Below the pieces are notes generated by a model. The model had not been told where the DNA came from, did no database searches, and saw only the letters and a program-made list of their open reading frames with translations. The position numbers and the translations under genes were made by a program. DNA of 64,000 nucleotides from Saccharofermentanales bacterium (GTDB lineage Bacteria; Bacillota; Clostridia; Saccharofermentanales; DTU023): assembly GCA_050951925.1 (NCBI GenBank), contig JBMNJZ010000001.1, positions 1,195,915-1,259,914 on the forward strand. Direction: 5' to 3'. Below, one piece after another: positions 19,255-28,336 of the stretch (position 1 is its first letter; each line of letters opens with the position of its first letter).

Positions 19255-20471
19255 AGATGGTCCGAATCGTACTATTTGGCGGTACTTTTGATCCCTTTCA
19301 TCTGGCCCACCTCAGGCTGGTTAATACAGTATCGGCATTAGGCAAATATGATGAGATTATAGTGATGCCGACAGGACCATCTCCGCATAAGGAACGGCGT
19401 ATCTCTTTTGCCGGCTATCGATATGAAACAGCTAGGCTAGCCCTGTGTGTTTCTGAAGGAAATGTTTCTGTTTCCGATACCGAAATTGTTGAAACCGGCA
19501 TCAGTTACACGATTAGAACTGTACGGCGATTTAAAAAAACATATGCTGAAAAATTTGGATCTGAGCCGAAGATTGATTTACTGATTGGATCGGATTCTCT
19601 ACTGGTGATTGAAAATTGGTATCAATCCGATCTATTGCTCAAAGAGGTTGACTTGCTGGTGGCAATAAGGGGAAATGGCCAGGCTGATGAAATCTGGTTT
19701 GTAGCGGACAACCTGCGGCAAAAATATCAAGTTGGGATTGAGTTCTTGTCATTGGAGCCTTTGGCTATTTCCAGCACGGAGATCAGGGCTAAGCTAATTG
19801 CAGGTGAAAAAGCTGATCACCTGCTGCCGGCCGGCGTGAGTGAGTTTTTGTCGGAGCAGCGTGTGTTTTCCTTTTCAGATGCTATGTCTGTATTCAGTGA
19901 TCGGGAATGGTCATATCTGCAAAGACTGGAACAGTTGCAATGGCCGCTTTTAGATCAGGAGCGGCGAGTTCATGTTTTGAATGTGATGCAATACGCAGTT
20001 CATCTGGCACTTAAGCATAATGTGGATCCCTGGCAAGCTGCGGTAGCGGGTTTACTCCACGATATTGCAAAAAATTTGCCACTATCGGAACAATATGATT
20101 TATGCCGGGATAGCTTTGATGAGCTGCATGATAAGATTGTACATGCCCCTGCCAGCGCTGTTTACGTCAGTTCAGCGCTAGGTATCTCAGACCAAGACAT
20201 TTGTTCAGCCATTCGCTGGCATACAACCGCACATCCGCAATTAAGTGATCTGGGAAAGATTATCTATCTAGCAGACAAAATCGAATTCGGCAGAGAATTC
20301 AAGTCATTATCGCCAATCAGGGAGAGAGCGGAATCTAATCTGGATAGCGCAATGTTGCTTTGCATGTCTGAGGTCTTTTGTGCTTTGCAGCGAAGGGGTT
20401 TAACAGCCCACCCCTATACACTGGCTGCATACGAAACTATAATGAGAAGAAATTCTGATCAACAGACTTAA
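19251..20471 (+). CDS. nadD: Nicotinate-nucleotide adenylyltransferase fused to a YqeK-type HD domain
   Basis: [24 protein letters not shown]; then R.VH, LLHDIAK, H..., [11 protein letters not shown]. Confidence 0.88.
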   Translation: MKMVRIVLFGGTFDPFHLAHLRLVNTVSALGKYDEIIVMPTGPSPHKERRISFAGYRYETARLALCVSEGNVSVSDTEIVETGISYTIRTVRRFKKTYAEKFGSEPKIDLLIGSDSLLVIENWYQSDLLLKEVDLLVAIRGNGQADEIWFVADNLRQKYQVGIEFLSLEPLAISSTEIRAKLIAGEKADHLLPAGVSEFLSEQRVFSFSDAMSVFSDREWSYLQRLEQLQWPLLDQERRVHVLNVMQYAVHLALKHNVDPWQAAVAGLLHDIAKNLPLSEQYDLCRDSFDELHDKIVHAPASAVYVSSALGISDQDICSAIRWHTTAHPQLSDLGKIIYLADKIEFGREFKSLSPIRERAESNLDSAMLLCMSEVFCALQRRGLTAHPYTLAAYETIMRRNSDQQT

Positions 20472-20499
20472 CCGGAATACTAAGAGGAGGAATATTGAA

Positions 20500-20916
20500 T
20501 TGGATCTGGAAAGCAATCGGGAAATAACAGCTAAGTCACATAGAATCGCTGAAGAAATTAAGGCTGTTCTGGAGAGTAAAAATGGTCAAGATCTTGAACT
20601 TTTAGCTGTCGAGGACAAAACTACTTTAGCCGACTACTTCATTCTGGTCACTGGAACCTCTACAACCCATATTAAAACTCTGGCGGATGAAGTTATTTTT
20701 CAACTGAGAGAGCGCTTTGGCCTCTCGCCACATCACGTGGAGGGAGCTGATGACAGACGTTGGATATTGCTGGATTATGGTGATGTCGTCACACATATCT
20801 TTCATCCGGAAGAAAGGGACTACTACAGTCTTGAGCGGCTATGGACTACAACCGGGAATTATCGTGATCAGAATTCCGGGAAAGCAGAAATAACCGGATA
20901 TACCGATTTAAATTAA
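20500..20916 (+). CDS. rsfS: Ribosome silencing factor
   Basis: LADYFILVTG, WILLDYGDVVTHIF, R.YY.LERLW. Confidence 0.93.
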   Translation: MDLESNREITAKSHRIAEEIKAVLESKNGQDLELLAVEDKTTLADYFILVTGTSTTHIKTLADEVIFQLRERFGLSPHHVEGADDRRWILLDYGDVVTHIFHPEERDYYSLERLWTTTGNYRDQNSGKAEITGYTDLN

Positions 20917-21032
20917 TCTCTATTGTTAAAGGATTGGCGCCTGTTAGCTACTAATGACGGCAGTTGATATCCAGATAATCTCTGTCTACAATCCCGGCAT
21001 GTAAGTATATTACAAAAAGGGGATATAAGGAC

Positions 21033-21698
21033 ATGAGGAGAGAGCAAAAGCAGCCCAAACGCTGGTTGATTATATTGATACTGGCAGTTCTGATCTTTTC
21101 GTTTGCGTCTATTATATACCCGCTTATACGTAATATCGTGACTTCAATGGAAGCTGATGAGACTACTGTGCTGACATTTGCTTCAAATATTGAAAGGAGC
21201 GCTACAACAGATAAATTTGGTTACTTTTATGATCAGGATGAGTATGTCAGTTCTGAACTTTTGCCGGTCTATATCATAGGTGAAGTCAGGGTTCCGGGTG
21301 TCTATCGGGTTACGCCCGGACAAATTTTAAATGATTTGATTGCTCTAGCCGGTGGTCTTACAGCAGAGGCTGCGCCTGAAGCGGTAAATCTGGCCTGCGA
21401 ATTAAAATCTAATCAATTATATCGGATACCGTCTTTAACCGAACTCGCTGAAAATCCCGACCTTTATCTGGAAGGTTCTGATACGGCAGAGCGATTTAAA
21501 GCGAAAAAGGTAGATATCAATTCGGCGGATCAGTCAGAGCTGGAAACATTGCCGGGTGTTGGTCCTGCGACAGCACTGGCTATCATAAAATATCGCGAAC
21601 AGCACGGACCTTTCGAAATCATCGAGGATATTATGTTAATTCCGGGGATCAAAGAGGCTAGGTTCCGTAGTTTGGAAGACTTGATTACAGTTAACTAA
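21033..21698 (+). CDS. comEA: ComEA family DNA-binding protein
   Basis: N-terminal TM, SLBB domain (GEVRVPGVY...AGG), HhH (INSA...LETLPGVG). Confidence 0.88.
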   Translation: MRREQKQPKRWLIILILAVLIFSFASIIYPLIRNIVTSMEADETTVLTFASNIERSATTDKFGYFYDQDEYVSSELLPVYIIGEVRVPGVYRVTPGQILNDLIALAGGLTAEAAPEAVNLACELKSNQLYRIPSLTELAENPDLYLEGSDTAERFKAKKVDINSADQSELETLPGVGPATALAIIKYREQHGPFEIIEDIMLIPGIKEARFRSLEDLITVN

Positions 21699-21749
21699 CA
21701 GCTTCCTATGCTTTGCATTTTGTTCCTGTCAATGTCCAACTGACTTGTG

Positions 21750-21778
21750 TTGACAGATTTATGTGCGACAGATAAAAT
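21750..21778 (+). promoter_or_regulatory. Sigma-A promoter of the tRNA cluster
   Basis: TTGACA-17 nt-TAAAAT. Confidence 0.8.
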
Positions 21779-21805
21779 ATTCAGGCATGCGGCCTGATCT
21801 GATAC

Positions 21806-21883
21806 GGTGGAATTAGCTCAGATGGTTAGAGTGCCAGGTTGTGGCCCTGGAGGTCGTGGGTTCGAATCCCATATTCCACCCCA
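21806..21883 (+). tRNA. tRNA-His (GTG)
   Basis: G-1, GTGGAAT/ATTCCAC acceptor stem, CCAGG-ttGTGgc-CCTGG, TTCGAAT, encoded CCA. Confidence 0.95.
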
Positions 21884-21891
21884 TTCTATAT

Positions 21892-21966
21892 TGGGATGTA
21901 GCCAAGCGGTAAGGCACGGGACTTTGACTCCCGCATGCGAAGGTTCAAATCCTTCCATCCCAGCCA
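21892..21966 (+). tRNA. tRNA-Gln (TTG)
   Basis: TGGGATG/CATCCCA, CGGGA-ctTTGac-TCCCG, encoded CCA. Confidence 0.95.
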
Positions 21967-21970
21967 TTGC

Positions 21971-22046
21971 GACCCACTAGCTCAGCCGGTAGAGCATCTG
22001 ACTTTTAATCAGGGGGTCTGGAGTTCGAATCTCCAGTGGGTCACCA
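21971..22046 (+). tRNA. tRNA-Lys (TTT)
   Basis: GACCCAC/GTGGGTC, CTGA-ctTTTaa-TCAG, encoded CCA. Confidence 0.95.
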
Positions 22047-22047
22047 A

Positions 22048-22076
22048 AACAAAGGGGCGTAAAACGCCCCTTTGTT
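22048..22076 (+). terminator. Intrinsic terminator after the tRNA cluster
   Basis: AACAAAGGGGCGT-aaa-ACGCCCCTTTGTT. Confidence 0.8.
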
Positions 22077-22099
22077 GACATTCTTACAGGTGATTAATT

Positions 22100-23215
22100 A
22101 TGCATTTATTCAAACAATTGACGCGCATTAGCTTATTTAAAAATGTTGCTTCCTTTGCCGAGGAAATGCAAATTGATGAGAGGGATTTCATTCTGGCTGC
22201 CCGTGCCGTTTTTGAAAAATACTTTGCGCCTTTAAATCTGCCGGCACAGGTTGTTTTCAGATCGGATTATGGCAAATCCGAACCGACTGACAGGATGACT
22301 GATGCTCTGATTACTGATTTCAATAAAAGCGGTTGCAACCGTATCGTTGCAATTGGTGGTGGTTCGGTAATTGATATGGCCAAAGTGCTGATGATAAAAG
22401 ATGCTCGTAAGACAGAAAGTATTTTTCTGCGGGAAGTTCCCATTGTTAAAGGGTATAAGCTAATTGCGGTACCAACAACTTGTGGTGCAGGCAGTGAAGT
22501 TTCACCTGTATCCATAGTGTCGTTGACGCGAAAAGGAACAAAAGTCGGTCTGTCCACTGAGGAAATTATTCCCGATCACGCCGCTTTGATTCCGCAATTA
22601 CTGGAGGATATGCCCTACAGGGTTTTTGCGACTAGTGCTATTGATGCTTTGATACATGCGGTCGAAGCCTTTTTGTGTCCAAAGGCAAATGCTTATACCG
22701 ATTTATTCAGCGAACAGGCAATCAGAACGATTTTAACAGGCTTTTGCACCTTGAGACAAACTGGGGAAACCGGAAGATTAAATTTATTAGAGGATTTCCT
22801 GATTGCCAGCAATATGGCCGGTATAGCTTTCGCCAATGCCGGTACCGGTGCAGTTCATGCTCTGAGTTATCCTCTCAGCACACAATATCATGTAACGCAC
22901 GGCGAAGCATGTTATCAGTTTTTTACTGCGGTGCTTCACGAATATCAACATCAAAACCCGCAAGGTAAGATTCTGCGTCTCAGAGAAATATTGGCTGATA
23001 CCTTAAACTGCGGAATGTCGGATGTATTTATTTTACTGGAGGATTTGCTTGATCGGGTAATTCCGAGGCAGCCACTGCATTGCTATGGCATGGCTGAAGC
23101 TGATATTGAATCATTTGCCGACAATGTCTTGGCCTTACAGGAGCGCTTATTGAGCCAGAGTTATTGTAGATTGAATCGTGAAGCGATTGTACGGATATAT
23201 CGCTCTCTTTTATAA
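22100..23215 (+). CDS. Iron-containing alcohol dehydrogenase, 4-hydroxybutyrate dehydrogenase-like
   Basis: GGGSVID, VPTTCGAGSE, DALIHAVE, AVHALSYPL, HGE. Confidence 0.82.
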   Translation: MHLFKQLTRISLFKNVASFAEEMQIDERDFILAARAVFEKYFAPLNLPAQVVFRSDYGKSEPTDRMTDALITDFNKSGCNRIVAIGGGSVIDMAKVLMIKDARKTESIFLREVPIVKGYKLIAVPTTCGAGSEVSPVSIVSLTRKGTKVGLSTEEIIPDHAALIPQLLEDMPYRVFATSAIDALIHAVEAFLCPKANAYTDLFSEQAIRTILTGFCTLRQTGETGRLNLLEDFLIASNMAGIAFANAGTGAVHALSYPLSTQYHVTHGEACYQFFTAVLHEYQHQNPQGKILRLREILADTLNCGMSDVFILLEDLLDRVIPRQPLHCYGMAEADIESFADNVLALQERLLSQSYCRLNREAIVRIYRSLL

Positions 23216-23261
23216 ATTTTGTCTTCACTATACGGATTTGGCCCGACAAAGTTTCGCATAT

Positions 23262-23293
23262 AAAAAGGCTATCTCCTTAGGAGATAACCTTTT
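23262..23293 (-). terminator. Intrinsic (likely bidirectional) terminator downstream of tRNA-Pro
   Basis: Minus strand GGTTATCTCC-taa-GGAGATAGCC followed by TTTTT. Confidence 0.7.
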
Positions 23294-23321
23294 CGCTACA
23301 AGCCATCAAATAGGCTTAAGC

Positions 23322-23398
23322 TGGTCGGAGTGACAAGACTTGAACTTGCGACCTCGTGCACCCCAAGCACGCACTCTAGCCACCTGAGCTACACCCCG
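23322..23398 (-). tRNA. tRNA-Pro (GGG)
   Basis: Reverse complement CGGGGTGTAGCTCAG...CGTGC-ttGGGgt-GCACG...TTCAAG...CACTCCGACCA. Confidence 0.93.
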
Positions 23399-23409
23399 AA
23401 GCATTGACG

Positions 23410-23438
23410 ATTTTACTGTTAAAGGCAGAAAGTGTCAA
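23410..23438 (-). promoter_or_regulatory. Sigma-A promoter of tRNA-Pro
   Basis: Minus strand TTGACA-17 nt-TAAAAT. Confidence 0.75.
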
Positions 23439-23596
23439 GTTAACAGGCTGTAACAGATAGTATTTGCCCCCTGTTTTGTCAAACGACATCAAAGAGGATA
23501 TTTGCGGTAGCTTCCAATATTTGCTGTCTGTTCCTTTAAGTATCGTAAAGAGAATAGTTTTGTTAAAATACAATTAGTATTTCAGAGGTAAATTGT

Positions 23597-24058
23597 ATGG
23601 TGCGCCCAAAAGCTGAAACTAAGCCATTGGTGGAAATACATAGTGACGGTGCCTGTTCAGGCAATCCAGGGCCTGGCGGCTGGGCAGCAATTCTACGGTT
23701 CGGCGAGCATGAGAAGACAATCAGTGGCTTTGAACCCAGTACGACCAATAATCGTATGGAGCTGACGGCGGCGCTCAAGGCCTTGCAAGAATTAAATCAG
23801 CCATGCCGAGTCAAACTTCACAGCGACAGTTCATATCTGATCAATGCCTTCGAACATAAATGGCTGGATAAATGGATAAAGAATAACTGGAAAAACGCGG
23901 CCGGAAATCCCGTTAGCAATCCCGATTTATGGCGGGCTCTGATACAAGAGAATGACAGACATGAAATTGAGTGGATAAAAGTTAAGGGTCATGCCGATGA
24001 TGAAGACAATATCCGCTGTGATAAAATGGCTGTTGATGAAATCAAGAGGAGACAATGA
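23597..24058 (+). CDS. rnhA: Ribonuclease HI
   Basis: DGACSGNPGPGGW, TTNNRMEL, SDS.Y, WIKVKGH, D..A. Confidence 0.95.
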   Translation: MVRPKAETKPLVEIHSDGACSGNPGPGGWAAILRFGEHEKTISGFEPSTTNNRMELTAALKALQELNQPCRVKLHSDSSYLINAFEHKWLDKWIKNNWKNAAGNPVSNPDLWRALIQENDRHEIEWIKVKGHADDEDNIRCDKMAVDEIKRRQ

Positions 24059-24061
24059 GTG

Positions 24062-24787
24062 ATGAGCAAATACGACAAGGATAAGCGCTTTGACTTAAAG
24101 CCTGTTCGCATCAATCCGTCAGAAACAGAGCCGCTATTGGAAAAAGGCGAAGGTTCTGCGCCATTCCGGGAAGAGAATCTGCTTGAAATCGATCTTGAGC
24201 CTTTGGTAAATTTGGCAGGCGAGTCAATTGATGAAATTATCGCGGCGGATCCACTGGATGAGATGCTGGAGACAGTGATCGAGTCTGATCTGAAATTTGT
24301 CGGTCGCGTATTTACGGTTGAAGTTGATAAAGTTCTACTGTCGGACGGCAGACACTCACGCCGGGAGATAGTGCGTCATCCGGGTGGTGCTTGTGTTGTC
24401 GCTTTGGATTTATATAGCAATATCTATCTGGTGCAACAATATCGTCTGGCGATTAACAGGCTTACTCTGGAACTGCCTGCAGGCATCCTGGAAGCTGACG
24501 AAACGCCCGAAGAATGTGCCAGACGCGAGTTATATGAAGAGACGGGTCTGATTGCGGAAGATTGGCGGCATATTGCATCGCCTCTGACTTCCCCCGGATA
24601 TTCGGATGAAATGCTTCATATATTTTTAGCGGAAGGGCTGTCCAAAGGTATGGCACATCCTGATGAGGGTGAATTTGTAGCACTCAGGAAAATTCCTCTG
24701 AATGATGCAGTCAAAATGGTCTTAAATGGCAGTATTTCCGATGCCAAAACATGTCTGGGGATACTCTTGGCGGCTCGGATAGCTTAA
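24062..24787 (+). CDS. NUDIX hydrolase, ADP-ribose pyrophosphatase-like, with N-terminal extension
   Basis: REIVRHPG, ELPAG......E.....ARRELYEETG, SPGYSDE, DEGE, DAKT. Confidence 0.85.
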   Translation: MSKYDKDKRFDLKPVRINPSETEPLLEKGEGSAPFREENLLEIDLEPLVNLAGESIDEIIAADPLDEMLETVIESDLKFVGRVFTVEVDKVLLSDGRHSRREIVRHPGGACVVALDLYSNIYLVQQYRLAINRLTLELPAGILEADETPEECARRELYEETGLIAEDWRHIASPLTSPGYSDEMLHIFLAEGLSKGMAHPDEGEFVALRKIPLNDAVKMVLNGSISDAKTCLGILLAARIA

Positions 24788-24813
24788 GTCCTAAGGCATT
24801 GTGGTGAATAATT

Positions 24814-27426
24814 ATGAAATGGTCAAATGAAGAAAATCATAGCTCCGCGATCCGCAAAGAGATTTACGGTGTATTTTTTGCCGCTGCAGCCTTGTTGTTG
24901 TCACTGGCTTTTTATGCTCCTCAAAAATGGACCGGTCCTATAGGTTCATTTACCAGAAATACAGGGCTGGGCATTTTAGGTACTGCCGCCTATGTTATCC
25001 CCGCATTTTTGGTTTATCTCTCTGTCGAATATTTCTTATCTGATGAACTCCATATGACTCGAATCCGCCTAATCTGCATTGGTCTGATTCTTTTGACTCT
25101 CAGCGGTATTGTTGGCCTGGTTTCAGCTATATATCCTGTGTCAGTGACAAGTGACGATAATGTATCTGCCATGAAACTAATAGGCAGCCTCTGGAAACAT
25201 GGGTCAGGACTGGGAGACGGTACGACCACGGGGATCTGGAGCGGCGGTCTGATTGGTGGTCTAATTGGTTTAGGTTTGCAGGCTATAGCAGGGAAGACAG
25301 GTGCTATGATTATTTTAATCGCTATGGCCCTTGCTTTTTCGGTACTTATCTTTAATGTATCTTATACATCTTATGTGCGTAAATCAGCGCGTGTATTAAA
25401 AGAGACTCAGACTAGAGTCGGCAGTAGCATCAAAACCAAAATCCAGGATCGAAGAGAACGTGGATTTGCAGACAGACAGTACAATGAATTAGGTGACAGA
25501 TATTGGCCGGATTCCGGCGCAGCCGGTGGTATTGCCGCAAATGATAATTGGCCTGATTATCCGGATAATTTAAGGCGGTCGGCCGGTCGTGAGTCTGCTC
25601 CGGAGCCTGATTCGGCAGAACAGGTCAAATATTATCTGCCTCAGGGCGATTTGCGTGAAAGTGCGGGAGATCATGATCGAGCCAATATAGACTATCCTAT
25701 GTACCGATCGCAATTGTCCGGCAATTCTGCAAGTTCGGAGAGCTTATCCGCAGAGCCCGGAAGCGGACAACCGGTCGCGATTAAAAAAGATATATCAACT
25801 CAGAAGGATACAGGCCGGGAAAAACAATCAAAAAGTGGTGCAGAGCCAGGCGTCGAGCCGGACTATGGCCGTAGCAATTGGCAGGATCGCAGTAACGGCT
25901 TCGTGACAAAAGGCGTCAAAAATGTCGGGACTAAAGGCGAGCAACTATCCTTATTTGCGGAGTATAAGCCTTTCCCTCTGAGTCTCCTGAATGCAGATAG
26001 ATATAGCAAGCCTACCAGAGAAAATGTTAAGACCATTAAAGAAATGAGCCGAAAGCTTGAAGATACCTTACAGAGCTTTGGCGTTGAAGCAAAAGTTACT
26101 AATTATACGAGCGGTCCCACCTTAACCCGTTTTGAGCTTACACCGGGCCTGGGTGTTAAGGTGAGCAGAATTGTTAGTCTCAGTGATGACATTGCACTTA
26201 ATTTAGCAGCCTATGGTGTAAGAATAGAAGCGCCGATCCCGGGCAAATCAGCAATTGGGATTGAAATCCCGAATCGGCAAACTCAGCCAGTGCTCTTACG
26301 TGGCATTCTTGAAGAACCAAGCTTTAAGATCCAATGTCAGTCTGCCCCTCTCTTATCTGTTATTGGCAGAGATGTATCCGGGCAACCGATTTATTGCGAT
26401 ATTGCCAAAATGCCGCATTTGTTAATTGCCGGAGCTACCGGATCCGGTAAGTCTGTCTGCATTAATTCTATATTAATCAGTTTACTCAACCACTCCTCAC
26501 CTCAAAATCTGCGCTTGCTGCTGATTGATCCCAAAGTTGTCGAGTTGAGCGTATACAATGGGATTCCTCATCTTTTGCAACCGGTAGTAACTGATCCCAA
26601 GAAAGCATTTGGGGTCCTCAACTGGGCCGTAATGGAAATGGATCGCCGTTATAATTTATTTGCGGAGCGACAAGTTAGAGATATCCAATCGTATAATGAA
26701 GTAATTAAACACTTTGCAGATGAAGAGCCGGAATATTTGCCTCTGGTTTTAATAGTGATAGATGAATTGGCTGACCTGATGGCGACAACATCTAATGAAG
26801 TTGAAGATGCCATTCAAAGGCTGATGGCGAAGGCAAGAGCTGCCGGTATCCACGTCATTATCGCAACTCAAAGACCCTCGGTAGATGTAATTACAGGCGT
26901 TATCAAGGCCAATATTCCATCGCGCATCGCCTTCAGTGTAGCGTCACAGGTGGATTCCAGAACTATCCTCGACACCGGGGGAGCCGAGAAACTATTAGGT
27001 AAAGGAGATTTGCTATACTTCCCGCAGAGCGCTCCTAAAGCAATGCGCGGACAAGGTGCATTTGTTACAGATGCGGAAGTTGAGAATGTACTTAATCACA
27101 TCAGAAGTCTGTACGGTGACAATTATGATCCGTCAGTTGCTGAAGCTATTGCTAATCCCAGTTCAGTAGGGGCGACCGCGGAACGTGATGCCGGCGAGGA
27201 GCAAGATGAGTTGTTCGATGATGCTCTGAGGCTGGTGGTTGAGACGGGCTATGCCTCGATCTCGCTTTTGCAAAGACGGCTGACGATCGGGTATCCACGC
27301 GCTGCTCGTCTGGTCGACAGATTGCACGATTGCGGATATATCGGACCTTTTGATGGGAGCAAACCCAGAAAGGTGCTGATCTCCATGGAGCAATATTTAG
27401 CAATGCGCGAAGGGGAAAATATCTAA
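24814..27426 (+). CDS. ftsK: DNA translocase FtsK/SpoIIIE
   Basis: N-terminal TMs, RIEAPIPGK, AGATGSGKS, IDELADLM, ATQRPSVDVITG, gamma domain S.SLLQRRL.IGY.RAA. Confidence 0.95.
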   Translation: MKWSNEENHSSAIRKEIYGVFFAAAALLLSLAFYAPQKWTGPIGSFTRNTGLGILGTAAYVIPAFLVYLSVEYFLSDELHMTRIRLICIGLILLTLSGIVGLVSAIYPVSVTSDDNVSAMKLIGSLWKHGSGLGDGTTTGIWSGGLIGGLIGLGLQAIAGKTGAMIILIAMALAFSVLIFNVSYTSYVRKSARVLKETQTRVGSSIKTKIQDRRERGFADRQYNELGDRYWPDSGAAGGIAANDNWPDYPDNLRRSAGRESAPEPDSAEQVKYYLPQGDLRESAGDHDRANIDYPMYRSQLSGNSASSESLSAEPGSGQPVAIKKDISTQKDTGREKQSKSGAEPGVEPDYGRSNWQDRSNGFVTKGVKNVGTKGEQLSLFAEYKPFPLSLLNADRYSKPTRENVKTIKEMSRKLEDTLQSFGVEAKVTNYTSGPTLTRFELTPGLGVKVSRIVSLSDDIALNLAAYGVRIEAPIPGKSAIGIEIPNRQTQPVLLRGILEEPSFKIQCQSAPLLSVIGRDVSGQPIYCDIAKMPHLLIAGATGSGKSVCINSILISLLNHSSPQNLRLLLIDPKVVELSVYNGIPHLLQPVVTDPKKAFGVLNWAVMEMDRRYNLFAERQVRDIQSYNEVIKHFADEEPEYLPLVLIVIDELADLMATTSNEVEDAIQRLMAKARAAGIHVIIATQRPSVDVITGVIKANIPSRIAFSVASQVDSRTILDTGGAEKLLGKGDLLYFPQSAPKAMRGQGAFVTDAEVENVLNHIRSLYGDNYDPSVAEAIANPSSVGATAERDAGEEQDELFDDALRLVVETGYASISLLQRRLTIGYPRAARLVDRLHDCGYIGPFDGSKPRKVLISMEQYLAMREGENI

Positions 27427-27472
27427 TTGTAGCCTATTATCTGTTGAACTAATATTTGAGGCGGTGAAAATT

Positions 27473-28336
27473 ATGGCCATTATAATTGATGGAGCAAAGC
27501 TGGCACAGGAAATCCGGACAGAAATCAAGAATGAAGTTAAAAAACTGATAATAAATAACAAAAGAGCTCCCGGACTGGCGGTGATTCAGATCGGTGCAGA
27601 TCCCGCTTCAACAATTTATGTCAGAAATAAGATTAAAGCCTGTGCGGAGGTCGGAGTGGAGTCTTTTGGTTTTACTCTGCAAAATACGGCCACTGAACAG
27701 GAAGTATTAAGTTTGATTTCTGATCTCAATGCAGATTCCAGAATTGACGGGATACTTTGTCAGCTTCCTCTGCCGGTGCATATTGATCAAAATAAAATTA
27801 TATTTGCTATTGCCCCCGATAAGGATGTTGACGGTTTTCATCCCTATAATGTCGGTTTGTTATCGATGGGCAATCCGAATGCATTGGTTGCCTGTACGCC
27901 TCAAGGTTGTATTAAAATGCTTAAGGCATACGGCATCCCCACTCGTGGCAAGAGAGCAGTTGTCGTTGGACGCAGTAATATCGTTGGCAGACCAATGGCA
28001 TTATTATTGCTCGGTTTGGACTGTACTGTAACCATCACGCATTCACATACCCCTGCCGAAGATTTGCCGGCCATCTGTCGTGAAGCCGACATTCTGGTAG
28101 CGGCAACCGGCAAGGCTGGTCTTATCACTCCGGAGTTTGTTAATAGCGATCAGGTTATACTGGATGTAGGAATTTCTCGCACGACAAATGGGAAAATTGT
28201 TGGCGATGTAGACTTCACGGCTGTTGAGCCAATCGTAAAGGCAATCACTCCTGTACCAGGCGGAGTTGGCCCGGTAACGATTGCCATGCTATTGAAGAAT
28301 ACTCTCGCTTCATATCGGAGACGGATGGCTGATTAG
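27473..28336 (+). CDS. folD: Methylenetetrahydrofolate dehydrogenase/cyclohydrolase
   Basis: QLPLP, KDVDGFHP, GRSNIVGRP, TPVPGGVGP. Confidence 0.95.
   Translation: MAIIIDGAKLAQEIRTEIKNEVKKLIINNKRAPGLAVIQIGADPASTIYVRNKIKACAEVGVESFGFTLQNTATEQEVLSLISDLNADSRIDGILCQLPLPVHIDQNKIIFAIAPDKDVDGFHPYNVGLLSMGNPNALVACTPQGCIKMLKAYGIPTRGKRAVVVGRSNIVGRPMALLLLGLDCTVTITHSHTPAEDLPAICREADILVAATGKAGLITPEFVNSDQVILDVGISRTTNGKIVGDVDFTAVEPIVKAITPVPGGVGPVTIAMLLKNTLASYRRRMAD

Noticed and set aside
21619..21641. dif-like half site (ATTATGTTAA) in comEA
   Set aside because: Inside coding sequence and lacks a matching XerC arm
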